Assembly (NCBI GenBank): GCA_045630385.1
Contig: JAZQTA010000009.1
Span: 3,465 to 67,464 of the forward strand
DNA from: Eubacteriales bacterium
Lineage (GTDB): Bacteria; Bacillota; Clostridia; Oscillospirales; CAG-272
Length of the DNA: 64,000 nucleotides
Reading direction: 5' to 3'
A model generated the notes under the pieces. That model worked only from the letters and a program-made list of their open reading frames with translations, did not search any database and was not told where the DNA came from. Position 1 is the first letter of the stretch. Each line of letters begins with the position of its first letter. This document shows, one piece after another, positions 26,134-35,327 of this stretch. The position numbers and the translations under genes are program-made.

Positions 26134-27181
26134 TCTGCACCTCGGCGCACCGATGCGCACCCATCTGCCGGCGCGCGAGGCACGGCTTCGCAGAGACGAG
26201 CTTCTTTCCACTCTTCACACACTCTTAAAGGCGGCAAGAGCGACGGAATGCTCCGCCGTCATTATCGCAGGAGATCTTTTCGATACCGCGGCAGCCGCCG
26301 CATCGCTTACCCCCGCAGTTCTTGACGAGATAAAAACCTTTTCGGATATAGATTTTTACTATACGAGAGGCAACCACGAAGCGGATGCGCATTTTTCTTC
26401 TCCTCTGCCGAAAAATCTCCATATATTCGGGGATAGTCTTACGTATTTTGAAAAAGGAAACGTCGTATTCTTTGGAAAAAACGTATGGAAAAAAGAGGAT
26501 TTTGACAATATTTGTTTGCAAGAAGAGAAAACCAACATACTGATCGCGCACGGCGCGTGGTCGGATGGCTACAATAAAAGTGCCGACATCCCCCTCGGTT
26601 ATCTTTCGGGACGGCACATCGACTACTGCGCGCTTGGGCACTACCACACCTACGCGACAAAGCGCGTAGATGAAAGAGGGATCGCCGTATACGCCGGCAC
26701 GCCCGAGGGGCGCGGCTTCGACGAAATCGGGCCAAAGGGCGCGGTGCTGATCGAGATCGAAGGCAAAAGGATATCCCATCAATTTCTCCCTCTTGCGCGC
26801 CGCACGCTCCACCGCATCGAGGCGGACGTTTCGGATGCAAAAAGCCTGCTTGACGTTTTTTCTCTTTGCGAGGCCACGCTGACCGACGCGAAAAAGGAGG
26901 ATCTTGTGCGCCTTGTTCTCACGGGAAAAAGAAAGCACCTTCCTACGGTCGAGCCCGAAGCCGCAGAGCGGCATTTGCACGGAAAATTTTATTATCTTGA
27001 GATTGAGGATGCGACGAGCGCCGCTCCGGATATAGAAAAATACAAAAACGAAAGCTCCCTGCACGGAGAATTCGTGCGCGCCGCAATGGCGGACGGCTCG
27101 CTCTCCGCCGAGGCACGAATGCGGATCATCAGCCTCGGGCTTGCCGCGCTGAACGGAGAGATCGGAGGTGGTGCACGGTGA
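26111..27181 (+). CDS. SbcD/Mre11-type metallophosphoesterase (YhaO-like DNA repair exonuclease)
   Basis: MKILHTADLHLG, GDLFD, GNHE, and GH.H motifs in the canonical calcineurin-like order. RBS GAAGGAGGA. Overlaps the AraC gene end. Confidence 0.85.
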   Translation: MKILHTADLHLGAPMRTHLPAREARLRRDELLSTLHTLLKAARATECSAVIIAGDLFDTAAAAASLTPAVLDEIKTFSDIDFYYTRGNHEADAHFSSPLPKNLHIFGDSLTYFEKGNVVFFGKNVWKKEDFDNICLQEEKTNILIAHGAWSDGYNKSADIPLGYLSGRHIDYCALGHYHTYATKRVDERGIAVYAGTPEGRGFDEIGPKGAVLIEIEGKRISHQFLPLARRTLHRIEADVSDAKSLLDVFSLCEATLTDAKKEDLVRLVLTGKRKHLPTVEPEAAERHLHGKFYYLEIEDATSAAPDIEKYKNESSLHGEFVRAAMADGSLSAEARMRIISLGLAALNGEIGGGAR

Positions 27182-28686
27182 AGCTGATTTTCGCACACGT
27201 TGAAAATTTCGGCACGCTGAAGGATTTTTCGCTTTCCTTCAACGAGGGACTGAATGCACACTGCATGGAGAACGGCGAGGGAAAAAGCACGCTGATCGCA
27301 TTTTTAAAATGCATGCTTTTCGGGCTTTCGGATAGCCGCAGTCGCGATCTTACGGAAAATGAGCGCAAGCGCTATCTGCCTTGGCAGGGCGGCGCGTTCG
27401 GCGGTTATCTTACTGTGGAGCACGAGGGTGCGGAATATCGCATCGTTCGGCGCTTCGGCGCTCGGCCTGCAGAGGATACGCTTGCGGTGTTTGACGAGCG
27501 CACGGGAGCACCCACGAATGCACTCGGTAAAATCCCCGGCCAGACGCTTTTCGGCATAGATGCAGAGGGCTTTTCGATCTGCTCTATTTTCTCCGAGCGC
27601 GGTTACTGCGCACAGCTTGAAAACGAAAGCATCATCGCCCGTTTGGGATCGGAGGATAGCGTTCAAGGGGCATCCGCCGCGTTGGATCTGCTTGCGGAGG
27701 AGCGGCGCATCTATGAAAAAAGAGGCGGCAGAGGAATGCTTTCCGAGCTGGAGGACGAGCTTACGATAAAAAAGGAAAGCCGTGAAATGCGCGAGGCGGA
27801 GGCGGCGGCGCTGCCCGAAAAGGAGCGCGCCTTTCTTTCCGCAAAGGCCGCCTTGGCCGCATTAACGGAGGAAAGCGAGGATGCCGCTCTCGCCGAAAAA
27901 AAGAAAAGACCGACGCTTATTTGGGCATTCATCCTTCTCGCGGCCTCCCTTTCGGCGGCGGCGCTTTCGGTGATCGGATCTTCTTTTTCTCGGCTTGCCT
28001 TGATCGGATTCTTGCCCGCGATCATCCTGCTATTTTTGGGAATACACGCATTTTTTGCAAATATTAATTTACAAAAAGAGGAAAAATTTCAAAATTGCAG
28101 CAACGCAAGCCCCTCTTCCCTTGCAGGAAAGAAAGGTATTTTTGAAGAGAGATACCGCGCCTCCACCGAAAGTGAAAGAGCATACGAGGCCGCACGGGAT
28201 GCACGCGAGGAGGCAGCGCTTCTATCCGCCGAGATCGAGCTGCTTGAGAAAAAGCGCGAGCGCATCCAAACCCATCTTTCCGACATTAAGAAAACCGAGG
28301 AGCTGCTCGAGGGCGCTCTGACCGCCTACCGTGAAAAGCGCGCGTCCTTATCGCACACCTTTTTTGGGGAGCATCTGCACGCGCTCGGCATCAAGGACGG
28401 CGAAGCCTATCGCTTGGGAGATCGCTTCGCGGTTTCCTTTCTTGACGGCAGTTCCTATCATGCGGCAGACACCTTGAGCCGCGGCGGAAAGGATCTCGTT
28501 TCGCTTGCGCGCTCGCTGGCGCTCACCTCGGCGCTTCCCACAGCACTCGCGCTTCCGCTCTTTCTGGACGATCCCTTTCTTTCCTACGACGACGGGCGCC
28601 TTGCCACCGCGCTATCCACGCTCGGCGCGCTCGCAAAGGACCGCCAGATCCTTTACCTCACCTGCTCGCACAGCCGCATGCCGTAA
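27178..28686 (+). CDS. Rad50/SbcC-like AAA ATPase with a central membrane-spanning hairpin (YhaN-like)
   Basis: GTG start overlapping the SbcD stop (GTGA). Walker A ENGEGKST, signature-like LSRGGKD, Walker B LPLFLDDPF. Short coiled-coil arms. Two hydrophobic spans at aa ~245-295 (nt 27910-28062). Confidence 0.8.
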   Translation: MKLIFAHVENFGTLKDFSLSFNEGLNAHCMENGEGKSTLIAFLKCMLFGLSDSRSRDLTENERKRYLPWQGGAFGGYLTVEHEGAEYRIVRRFGARPAEDTLAVFDERTGAPTNALGKIPGQTLFGIDAEGFSICSIFSERGYCAQLENESIIARLGSEDSVQGASAALDLLAEERRIYEKRGGRGMLSELEDELTIKKESREMREAEAAALPEKERAFLSAKAALAALTEESEDAALAEKKKRPTLIWAFILLAASLSAAALSVIGSSFSRLALIGFLPAIILLFLGIHAFFANINLQKEEKFQNCSNASPSSLAGKKGIFEERYRASTESERAYEAARDAREEAALLSAEIELLEKKRERIQTHLSDIKKTEELLEGALTAYREKRASLSHTFFGEHLHALGIKDGEAYRLGDRFAVSFLDGSSYHAADTLSRGGKDLVSLARSLALTSALPTALALPLFLDDPFLSYDDGRLATALSTLGALAKDRQILYLTCSHSRMP

Positions 28687-28723
28687 CGCTATATAAAAAT
28701 TCAAAAAAAATCAAAAATACCCC

Positions 28724-28752
28724 TTGACAAGCGAGAACAAAAGTTATATAAT
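28724..28752 (+). promoter_or_regulatory. consensus sigma-A promoter for yceD-rpmF
   Basis: TTGACA (28724-28729), 17 nt, then TATAAT (28747-28752). Confidence 0.75.
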
Positions 28753-28835
28753 AGAGTGTACGACTTTGGGCAATAGCCTAAACTATGCCTTTTTTCGTGC
28801 AAAACGTCAATCATCAATGACGGGAGGGATGGTTA

Positions 28836-29390
28836 GTGAAGCTGGATCTCAGACCGCTTCTGGCAGGTGATCGCCTGCTTGAATTCGATTATGAGCTGCC
28901 TCTTGACAGCCATACCGAGGATACCACGAGCTTTCTGTGGGGTACGCGTTTTCCTTCTCCCATGAAGGTGACGGGAAATATTACCAACACGGCCGGATAC
29001 ATGAGAATGACGCTTTCGCTCTCGTGCGACTACGTTGCACAGTGCGCAAGATGCCTTTCGAACGTTGAGGGTCAGTTTTCCCTTAACCTTGAGAAAACCG
29101 TTGCACCAAAGAATTTGCTTGGGGATATCACCGAGGACAAGCTGGATGACTACGCAATCATCGAGGACGGATTTCTGGATATGGACGAGCAGTTGCTTCT
29201 GCAGCTCGAGATGGAATTTCCGCTTCGCTTCCTCTGCAAGGAGGATTGCAAGGGCTTGTGCCAAAGATGCGGCAAGAATCTGAACGAGGGTCCGTGCTCC
29301 TGCTCCGAAAAGGAGATCGACCCGAGAATGGAGCCCTTGCGCAAGCTTCTTCTGAAAATGCAGGAAGAAGAAAAAGAAGATCAAAAATAA
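28836..29390 (+). CDS. YceD-family (DUF177) protein
   Basis: GTG start after a GGGAGGGA RBS. 184 aa with the C..C....//..C.E.C.GLC..CG.NLN...C.C pattern typical of DUF177. Conserved position immediately upstream of rpmF. Confidence 0.85.
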   Translation: MKLDLRPLLAGDRLLEFDYELPLDSHTEDTTSFLWGTRFPSPMKVTGNITNTAGYMRMTLSLSCDYVAQCARCLSNVEGQFSLNLEKTVAPKNLLGDITEDKLDDYAIIEDGFLDMDEQLLLQLEMEFPLRFLCKEDCKGLCQRCGKNLNEGPCSCSEKEIDPRMEPLRKLLLKMQEEEKEDQK

Positions 29391-29442
29391 ATTCACATAA
29401 AGAGATTGCGTTGTCGCAAGCTCGTATCAGGAGGTAAACAAC

Positions 29443-29640
29443 ATGGCAGTTCCGAAGAGAAAAGTGTCTCATTCCAGAAAGATGAAGAGACGCTCCAGCG
29501 TTTGGAAGCTGGAAAACCCCACCAACATCGTTAAGTGCCCCCAGTGCGGTGAGTTCAACCGCGCATACCGCGTATGCAAGGCGTGCGGCTACTACAAGGG
29601 TGTTGAGGTTATTGCTAAGAGCGAGCCCGTTCAGAAGTAA
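29443..29640 (+). CDS. rpmF: 50S ribosomal protein L32
   Basis: MAVPKRKVSHSRKMKRRS... with a C..C....C..C zinc ribbon. 65 aa. RBS AGGAGG. Confidence 0.95.
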   Translation: MAVPKRKVSHSRKMKRRSSVWKLENPTNIVKCPQCGEFNRAYRVCKACGYYKGVEVIAKSEPVQK

Positions 29641-29667
29641 TTTTGACGCTTGCGCTTGCACGAAAAA

Positions 29668-29706
29668 GCGGTTGCTTTTGCCGTTCGGCATGGCGACCGT
29701 TTTTTC
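29668..29706 (+). terminator. probable terminator after rpmF
   Basis: CGGTTGC / GCGACCG stem (one G-U pair) enclosing an inner GC hairpin, followed by TTTTTT. Confidence 0.55.
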
Positions 29707-29742
29707 TTTCCTTTTTGATTTTTTAAAGACGAGGAATGCAAA

Positions 29743-30501
29743 ATGATTTTTATGGATATAAATTTCCGCTCCGAGGCGCTCAATGGGAACGCCAGAGCCT
29801 CCCTGCTTTTGCCGGATCGGGCGGAATGCTTCAAAACGGTTTGGCTTTTACACGGTCTGCACGGCGATCATACGTCCTGGATGCGCTACACCTCGATTGA
29901 AAGATACGCCGCACAGTATAACGCCGCCGTCGTGATGCCGGATGCGCAGAACAGCTGGTATGCCGACACAGCGTACGGCGCGAAATATTTTTCCTTCATC
30001 ACCGAGGAGCTGCCCGCGCTTTTAAAAAAGCGATTCAGGGGATACAGCGAAAGAAAAGAGGACAACGTGATCGCGGGGATCTCCATGGGCGGCTACGGCG
30101 CGATGAAGGCCGCGCTCACCTATCCCGAGCGCTACAGCGCGTGCATTTCCCTCTCCGGATCTTTAGATATCACGAGAAAGAACCGTCCCTATTCCCTGCT
30201 GATGTGGCAAGGCAATTTCGGCTTTTCTTTAGAAAGCGCCGCAGAGCTTGAGGGAACGAAGGAGGATCTTTTTGCGCTCGCAAAGCGCGTATCGGATGAA
30301 AAGAAAGCGCCGCCGCGCATATATACCTGGTGCGGCACGGAGGACTCGCTTCTCTCCGTTAACGATGCCTTTGACGCGCACCTGAACGCCCTCGGCATTG
30401 CGCACGTCTATGAAACCTCCGAGGGAGATCACAGCTGGCGCTATTGGGACGATCAGATCCGCAAAGGCTTAAGCCTTATGCTTGGAGGCGAATACATATG
30501 A
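29743..30501 (+). CDS. esterase-family protein (esterase D / tributyrin-esterase-like alpha/beta hydrolase)
   Basis: 252 aa. WLLHGL.GDHT.W, nucleophile elbow GISMGGYGA and a C-terminal H.W..W pattern of the PF00756-type putative esterases. Confidence 0.8.
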   Translation: MIFMDINFRSEALNGNARASLLLPDRAECFKTVWLLHGLHGDHTSWMRYTSIERYAAQYNAAVVMPDAQNSWYADTAYGAKYFSFITEELPALLKKRFRGYSERKEDNVIAGISMGGYGAMKAALTYPERYSACISLSGSLDITRKNRPYSLLMWQGNFGFSLESAAELEGTKEDLFALAKRVSDEKKAPPRIYTWCGTEDSLLSVNDAFDAHLNALGIAHVYETSEGDHSWRYWDDQIRKGLSLMLGGEYI

Positions 30502-31073
30502 AAAGGCATTTCGAAATATTCCTTACAATGCTGAAGATCGGCCTTTTCACCTTTGGCGGCGGCTACGCCATGATCGCTTTGCTCGAAAGTGAATTTGTTT
30601 CAAAAAAGAAATGGCTCTCGAGGGAAGAATTTCTCGACATGGTTGCGATCTCGGAATCCACCCCCGGGCCGATCGCCATCAACGCCGCGACCTATATCGG
30701 ATATAAAACGCGCGGCCTTCTCGGCGCGTTGCTCGCAACCGTCGGCGTTATCATTCCTTCCTTTATTATCATATACGCGATCTCGCTTTTCTTCGACGCG
30801 TTTTTATCCCTCACCCTTGTGGCGAAGGCGTTTCGCGGCATTCGTGTCGCCGTCGTGTACCTGATCCTATCGGCAGGCATCAAGCTTCTTCGCGGCATGA
30901 AGAAAACCGCGCTTTCGGTATCCATCCTCTCCTTGACGGTGCTTTTCATGCTGCTGTTTTCCATTCTGGCAATCCGCTTTTCCACCGTGCTTTACATCCT
31001 GATCGCGGGCGTGATCGGAATATCGCTCTATCTCATCCGCGGTCTATACAAAAGAGAGGAGGGCGAAAAATGA
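30498..31073 (+). CDS. chromate transporter (CHR family), N-terminal half-size subunit
   Basis: ATG 30498 overlaps the preceding stop (ATGA). FTFGGGYAMI and ESTPGPIAINAATYIG motifs. 191 aa. Confidence 0.85.
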   Translation: MKRHFEIFLTMLKIGLFTFGGGYAMIALLESEFVSKKKWLSREEFLDMVAISESTPGPIAINAATYIGYKTRGLLGALLATVGVIIPSFIIIYAISLFFDAFLSLTLVAKAFRGIRVAVVYLILSAGIKLLRGMKKTALSVSILSLTVLFMLLFSILAIRFSTVLYILIAGVIGISLYLIRGLYKREEGEK

Positions 31074-31636
31074 TATATCTTACGCTTTTTCTGACCTTTC
31101 TTGAGATCGGCGCGGTTTCCTTTGGCGGCGGATACGCCATGATCTCCATGATGCGCGACAAGGCACTTTTCCACGGCTGGCTCACCGAAGGCGAGCTTCT
31201 GAACGTCATCGCCGTCGCAGAATCCACGCCCGGTCCGATCGCCGTGAACATGGCAACCTTCGTCGGCGCGGCAAAGGGCGGCGTGCTCGGCTCGATCGTC
31301 GCCACGCTCGGTGTGGTTCTTCCCTCGTTTTTGATCATTCTGCTCATTGCGGCGTTCCTTCCGAGCTTTTTGAAGCGCGGCGGTGTACGCGCGGCGCTCG
31401 GAGGCATTCGCCCCTGCACGGTCGGGCTGATCCTCGCCACGGGCATCACGATGCTTTTCAGCACGCTCTTCGGCTTTACCGACCTAAAGAGCGGCTTCGA
31501 GATCGATCTTCGCGGCATTCCGGTCCTTGTGCTTCTCGCGCTTTTCGGCCTTGTTTTTTCCCATATCAAAAGAAAAAAGCCCTCGCCGATCCTGATCATT
31601 CTGATCTCGGCGGGACTCGGTATGCTTCTGTACTGA
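31070..31636 (+). CDS. chromate transporter (CHR family), C-terminal half-size subunit
   Basis: VSFGGGYAMIS and ESTPGPIAVNMATFVG. ATGA overlap with the partner gene. Confidence 0.85.
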   Translation: MIYLTLFLTFLEIGAVSFGGGYAMISMMRDKALFHGWLTEGELLNVIAVAESTPGPIAVNMATFVGAAKGGVLGSIVATLGVVLPSFLIILLIAAFLPSFLKRGGVRAALGGIRPCTVGLILATGITMLFSTLFGFTDLKSGFEIDLRGIPVLVLLALFGLVFSHIKRKKPSPILIILISAGLGMLLY

Positions 31637-31643
31637 AAAAAAT

Positions 31644-31682
31644 CCCCCGACAGATTTTAAAGGTCTGTCGGGGGAGCTTTTT
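31644..31682. terminator. bidirectional terminator between convergent chrA and AraC genes
   Basis: CCCCCGACAGA (31644-31654) / TCTGTCGGGGG (31664-31674) with an A-run before and a T-run after. Confidence 0.8.
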
Positions 31683-31725
31683 ATGCCTGAAAATTCGGAT
31701 ATCCTCTTTTTTTATTCATCGGCAC

Positions 31726-32553
31726 TCATTCCTTGCGGGACGCGCGATACGCCGTGGGAGAAAGGCCTGTCTGCTCCTTGAAAAACCTGGAAAAATAGTT
31801 CTGATCCTCGCATCCGACCGCAAGCGCGATCTCCAGCACCGAAAGATCCGTGCTATCCAGCATGTTTTTGGCTCGCTCGATGCGCAAGCGGCACATATAA
31901 GCATGCGCAGATACACCCGTCACCGCGCGGAAAAGATGCGCGAAATATCCAATGCTGTAATTGCATTCCCTCGCAAGCGCCTCGATCGAAAGCTTTTTAT
32001 CCATATCGGCATACATGCGCTCGATCGCCCTCTGCACGCGCTTCTGCTTTTTCTCGTCGATCTGCGAGCGAGAACGCTCCACGCCGCGCGCAAGCAAGCC
32101 GAGAACCGAAAGGAGAAGGCCGCCCGTGATCGCCTCGTGCGCCGTCTGCGAGAGCGAATACTCGCGTATCATCTGTGAAAAAAACCATTCAAGCTCGCGG
32201 CTGTTCGATGCCTCGCCCACCGTGATATCCCAAAGGCCGAGGGAGCGCAAGACCGCCTCCGCATCCCGTCCCGTGAAATGAATATAATAGGAAAACGAGC
32301 CGCTATCCGCCTCAAAATAATACTCCTGCCGCTCTCCCGGGCGAAAAAGGATGAAGCGCCCCGCAGGGACGACCGCTTCTCCTTCCGAAAAAACGACGTG
32401 ACACGCGCCGCGCACGATATACAGAATATGATAATCCACACGCCCATACGGACGAACGCATCCGCGCCGCAGATGCTCCACGCGATTTTCACCGCAGGAA
32501 TTGAGAACCAGGGAAGCCGCATCCGATATGCGTTCTGTGCTAACCAGTGCCAT
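31726..32553 (-). CDS. AraC-family transcriptional regulator (cupin + HTH)
   Basis: 275 aa. N-terminal AraC-type cupin (HILYIVRGACHV) and C-terminal HTH (CEDQNYFSRFFKEQTGLSPTAYR). Divergent from the 32729 gene. Confidence 0.88.
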   Translation of the reverse strand: MALVSTERISDAASLVLNSCGENRVEHLRRGCVRPYGRVDYHILYIVRGACHVVFSEGEAVVPAGRFILFRPGERQEYYFEADSGSFSYYIHFTGRDAEAVLRSLGLWDITVGEASNSRELEWFFSQMIREYSLSQTAHEAITGGLLLSVLGLLARGVERSRSQIDEKKQKRVQRAIERMYADMDKKLSIEALARECNYSIGYFAHLFRAVTGVSAHAYMCRLRIERAKNMLDSTDLSVLEIALAVGCEDQNYFSRFFKEQTGLSPTAYRASRKE

Positions 32554-32728
32554 AAAAAAGCCTCCGCATTATTTGCTTTTCGTTATAATTATAGTATAAA
32601 ACCGTCGTTCTGTCAATATTTCAGCACACAAATAAAGCAGAAAAATCCATAAAGTGATGTGTTTTTTTCATATACAAGAAAAGGAAAACGCGGTACAATA
32701 AAAGAAAAAAAACACGGAGGCTTTTTAT

Positions 32729-34453
32729 ATGAATCCCGAAAGCTACGTTATATCCCACACGATATCCCCTATGAAGCGAATTTTTGACGGCACGATGCCG
32801 ACCGAAGACTTCACCTATATTTCGGGCATGAGAAACGAGCCTCTCGCCTTCTCGCTCGCTTACCGCTCCTCCGCAGAAAAGCGAAGCGGCATTCTCGCTA
32901 CCGATACCCCGATCGCCGTGCGCGTGACCTCCGCGCTCCCCGTATCCGTATACAAGGTTTGCAAGGTGCCCTATGCCGCCTCCGAATGCGAGGATGCGCA
33001 TGCGGGCGCAGTGGGCGGCTGCCCCGATATGCTTCTGCCGCGCATTGCCGCGCCCGAGATCATCCACTTGCCGCTGGATAAGAACTTCCCATATTACGAA
33101 AAAGACCAGCGCAATACATTGAACGCCTCGTGCTTTGCAACGCAGAGCGTTTTCATCCAGGTGAATGAGGATGGCGTCGACTGCCCTGCAGGTGACCACG
33201 CCGTGACGGTGGAGGTGATCGGCCTTATGAGCGGCGACGTGCTTTCTACCCATACGGTGACCGTGCATTTAGTGGACGCCGCGCTTCCCGAAAGCGATTT
33301 GATCCTCACCAACTGGTTCCATCAGGACTGCCTTGCAGACATCACGCACCGACCGCTTTACAGCGATGCATATTTCGAAATTTTAGAGAAATATTTGTGC
33401 GAATATGTCAAAAATGGAATGAACACTTTACTTTTCCCTGCATTTACGCCGCCGCTTGACACGCCGATAGGGATCGAGCGCATGAACGTGCAGCTCGTGA
33501 AGGTGAAGGTTTTGGACGACGGATATGCATTTGATTTTTCTCTTGCGGAACGGTTTGTCCGGGTGGCAAGGAGAGCGGGCGTGCGCACGCTGGAGCACAC
33601 GCATCTTTTCTCCCAATGGGGTGCAAAATATGCCATCACAATCTATGCAGAAAAGGATGGAGAGGAGGTTCGCCTCTTCAATTACGAAACGCCTGCGGAC
33701 TCGGAGGAATACGTTGCGTTTCTTGACGCCTATCTTTCCGCCTTCCGAGAATTCATCAAGAGGATGGAAATTGAAAACGATATTCTCTATCATATCTCCG
33801 ACGAGCCCGTGCTCGAAAATATCGAGGGCTACCGCCGCGCAAAGAATCTGATGCGCTCGATCTTCCCGAACGGAAAATTTGCCGACGCCTTGGACGATTA
33901 TGCATTTTTCGAGGAAGGGCTTGTAGAAACGCCCATCGTGAACGCAGGGAGCGTGCAAAACTACGAGGGGCGCTGTGACAGCTTTATGATCTACTACACG
34001 GGCGGCTCGCTGGTTCCAAACATAATCAACCGCCTGCTTCCGAGCGCACCGCAAAAAACGCGTGCCCTCGGCTACGTGCTGTTCGGTTACAACGCGAAGG
34101 GATTTTTACATTGGGCGTACAACAACTACTACGGTCGCCTTTCCAACGGAATCTTCCATCCCGCACAGGATCCCTGCTTCTACAAAAACTATCCCGGCGT
34201 GACCTACCTCGTTTATCCCGACACGGACGGCTCGCCTCTTCCCTCCCTGCGCGAAAAGCAGATGCTTGCCGCCACGCTTGACTATCGTGCTCTGCGCCTT
34301 CTTGAAGGCCTCGTCGGGCGAGAGAAGACAGTCGCACTCTGCGAAAAAATCCTCGGCGAGAGGATCAGCGTGACCGCAGTTCCAAGCGAAGGAGATACGA
34401 TCCTTTCCCTGCGCGAAGCAGTCAATAAAAAAATCGAAGAAGCACTTCGATAA
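32729..34453 (+). CDS. DUF4091 / GH123-like putative glycoside hydrolase
   Basis: 574 aa, no signal peptide. The overall layout and the LYHISDEP acid pair resemble DUF4091/GH123 proteins as I remember them. Assignment not verified. Confidence 0.5.
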   Translation: MNPESYVISHTISPMKRIFDGTMPTEDFTYISGMRNEPLAFSLAYRSSAEKRSGILATDTPIAVRVTSALPVSVYKVCKVPYAASECEDAHAGAVGGCPDMLLPRIAAPEIIHLPLDKNFPYYEKDQRNTLNASCFATQSVFIQVNEDGVDCPAGDHAVTVEVIGLMSGDVLSTHTVTVHLVDAALPESDLILTNWFHQDCLADITHRPLYSDAYFEILEKYLCEYVKNGMNTLLFPAFTPPLDTPIGIERMNVQLVKVKVLDDGYAFDFSLAERFVRVARRAGVRTLEHTHLFSQWGAKYAITIYAEKDGEEVRLFNYETPADSEEYVAFLDAYLSAFREFIKRMEIENDILYHISDEPVLENIEGYRRAKNLMRSIFPNGKFADALDDYAFFEEGLVETPIVNAGSVQNYEGRCDSFMIYYTGGSLVPNIINRLLPSAPQKTRALGYVLFGYNAKGFLHWAYNNYYGRLSNGIFHPAQDPCFYKNYPGVTYLVYPDTDGSPLPSLREKQMLAATLDYRALRLLEGLVGREKTVALCEKILGERISVTAVPSEGDTILSLREAVNKKIEEALR

Positions 34454-34548
34454 CAAGCAGAAAAGCGGCAGAAAACTCTGCCGCTTTTCTTGACAACAGC
34501 AGCGGTTTGTGATATAGTAGATACAATGATAATTTGGAGGAATTTCCT

Positions 34549-35223
34549 ATGATGACAATTGATTCTTATCTTGCAAAAAGTGAGAACGAAATGAACTATA
34601 TCGTGGCACATCCCGAGCGCTATGAAGGACTGCCGCTTCTCGTCTACCTGCACGGTGCGGGTGAGCGAGGAAAAAATATCGAGCATCTTTACCGCCACGG
34701 CGTGGCACGCATGGTGAAGGAAGGGCGAGACATTCCCGCCGTGGTGCTCTGCCCCCAATGCCCAGCCTTCTTTATCTGGAACAACATGGTGAAGGAAACG
34801 AAGGCGCTGATCGATAAGGTGGCAAAGGAATACAAGGTCAATCCCGACAAGATCCTTTTGACCGGCTCCTCGATGGGAGGATACGGCACTTGGGAGATGG
34901 GCATGTGCTATCCCGAGACCTTCGCCGCGATCGCGCCCGTTGCAGGCGGCGGCGTATGCTGGAGAGTCTCGAAGCTTAAAAGCACGCCCGTGCTTGCCTA
35001 TCACGGCGATGCGGACACCGTGGTTCCCTACTCGCAGTCCGAGATCATGATAAAAAGCCTGAAGGCAGACGGCGGCGAGTTTTCGCTCACCAATATGGAG
35101 GGGCAGGGGCACAACGACGGCATCTATAACGCCTACTTCTCCACCGACCTCGTAGAGCGGCTGCTCACCTATGAAAAGCGCGACCACAGCCACGTTTACG
35201 AGCCGTGCGAGGAAATGTTCTGA
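34549..35223 (+). CDS. alpha/beta hydrolase (carboxylesterase/phospholipase-type)
   Basis: ATG 34549 lies 8 nt after GGAGG (the ORF track starts at TTG 34534). LHGAGERG, nucleophile elbow GSSMGGYGTW, and HG..D..VP. Confidence 0.8.
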   Translation: MMTIDSYLAKSENEMNYIVAHPERYEGLPLLVYLHGAGERGKNIEHLYRHGVARMVKEGRDIPAVVLCPQCPAFFIWNNMVKETKALIDKVAKEYKVNPDKILLTGSSMGGYGTWEMGMCYPETFAAIAPVAGGGVCWRVSKLKSTPVLAYHGDADTVVPYSQSEIMIKSLKADGGEFSLTNMEGQGHNDGIYNAYFSTDLVERLLTYEKRDHSHVYEPCEEMF

Positions 35224-35278
35224 AATATCGAAAATGGTAGAAAATAAACACCAAAGCGGAACAAGGCTTTGAAAAATA

Positions 35279-35326
35279 TAAAAAACGCGCCTATCGCATC
35301 TACGTTCTTGCGACAGGCGCGTTTTA
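35279..35326. terminator. bidirectional terminator between convergent genes
   Basis: ACGCGCCT (35285-35292) / AGGCGCGT (35315-35322) with an inner TCGCA/TGCGA pairing. A-run before and TTTT after. Confidence 0.7.
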
Positions 35327-35327
35327 A

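Noticed and set aside
26111-28686. SbcD-like + AAA ATPase pair as an anti-phage defence system (Lamassu/Gabija-like)
   Set aside because: The architecture and the position next to yceD-rpmF match the conserved housekeeping yhaO/yhaN-type pair of Firmicutes. There are no additional defence-typical genes, and the pair is not set in an accessory context.
30498-31636. Split chrA as a disrupted pseudogene
   Set aside because: Two half-size CHR genes with ATGA overlaps, each carrying its own FGGGYAMI/ESTPGPIA motifs, are the normal short-chain CHR heterodimer arrangement.
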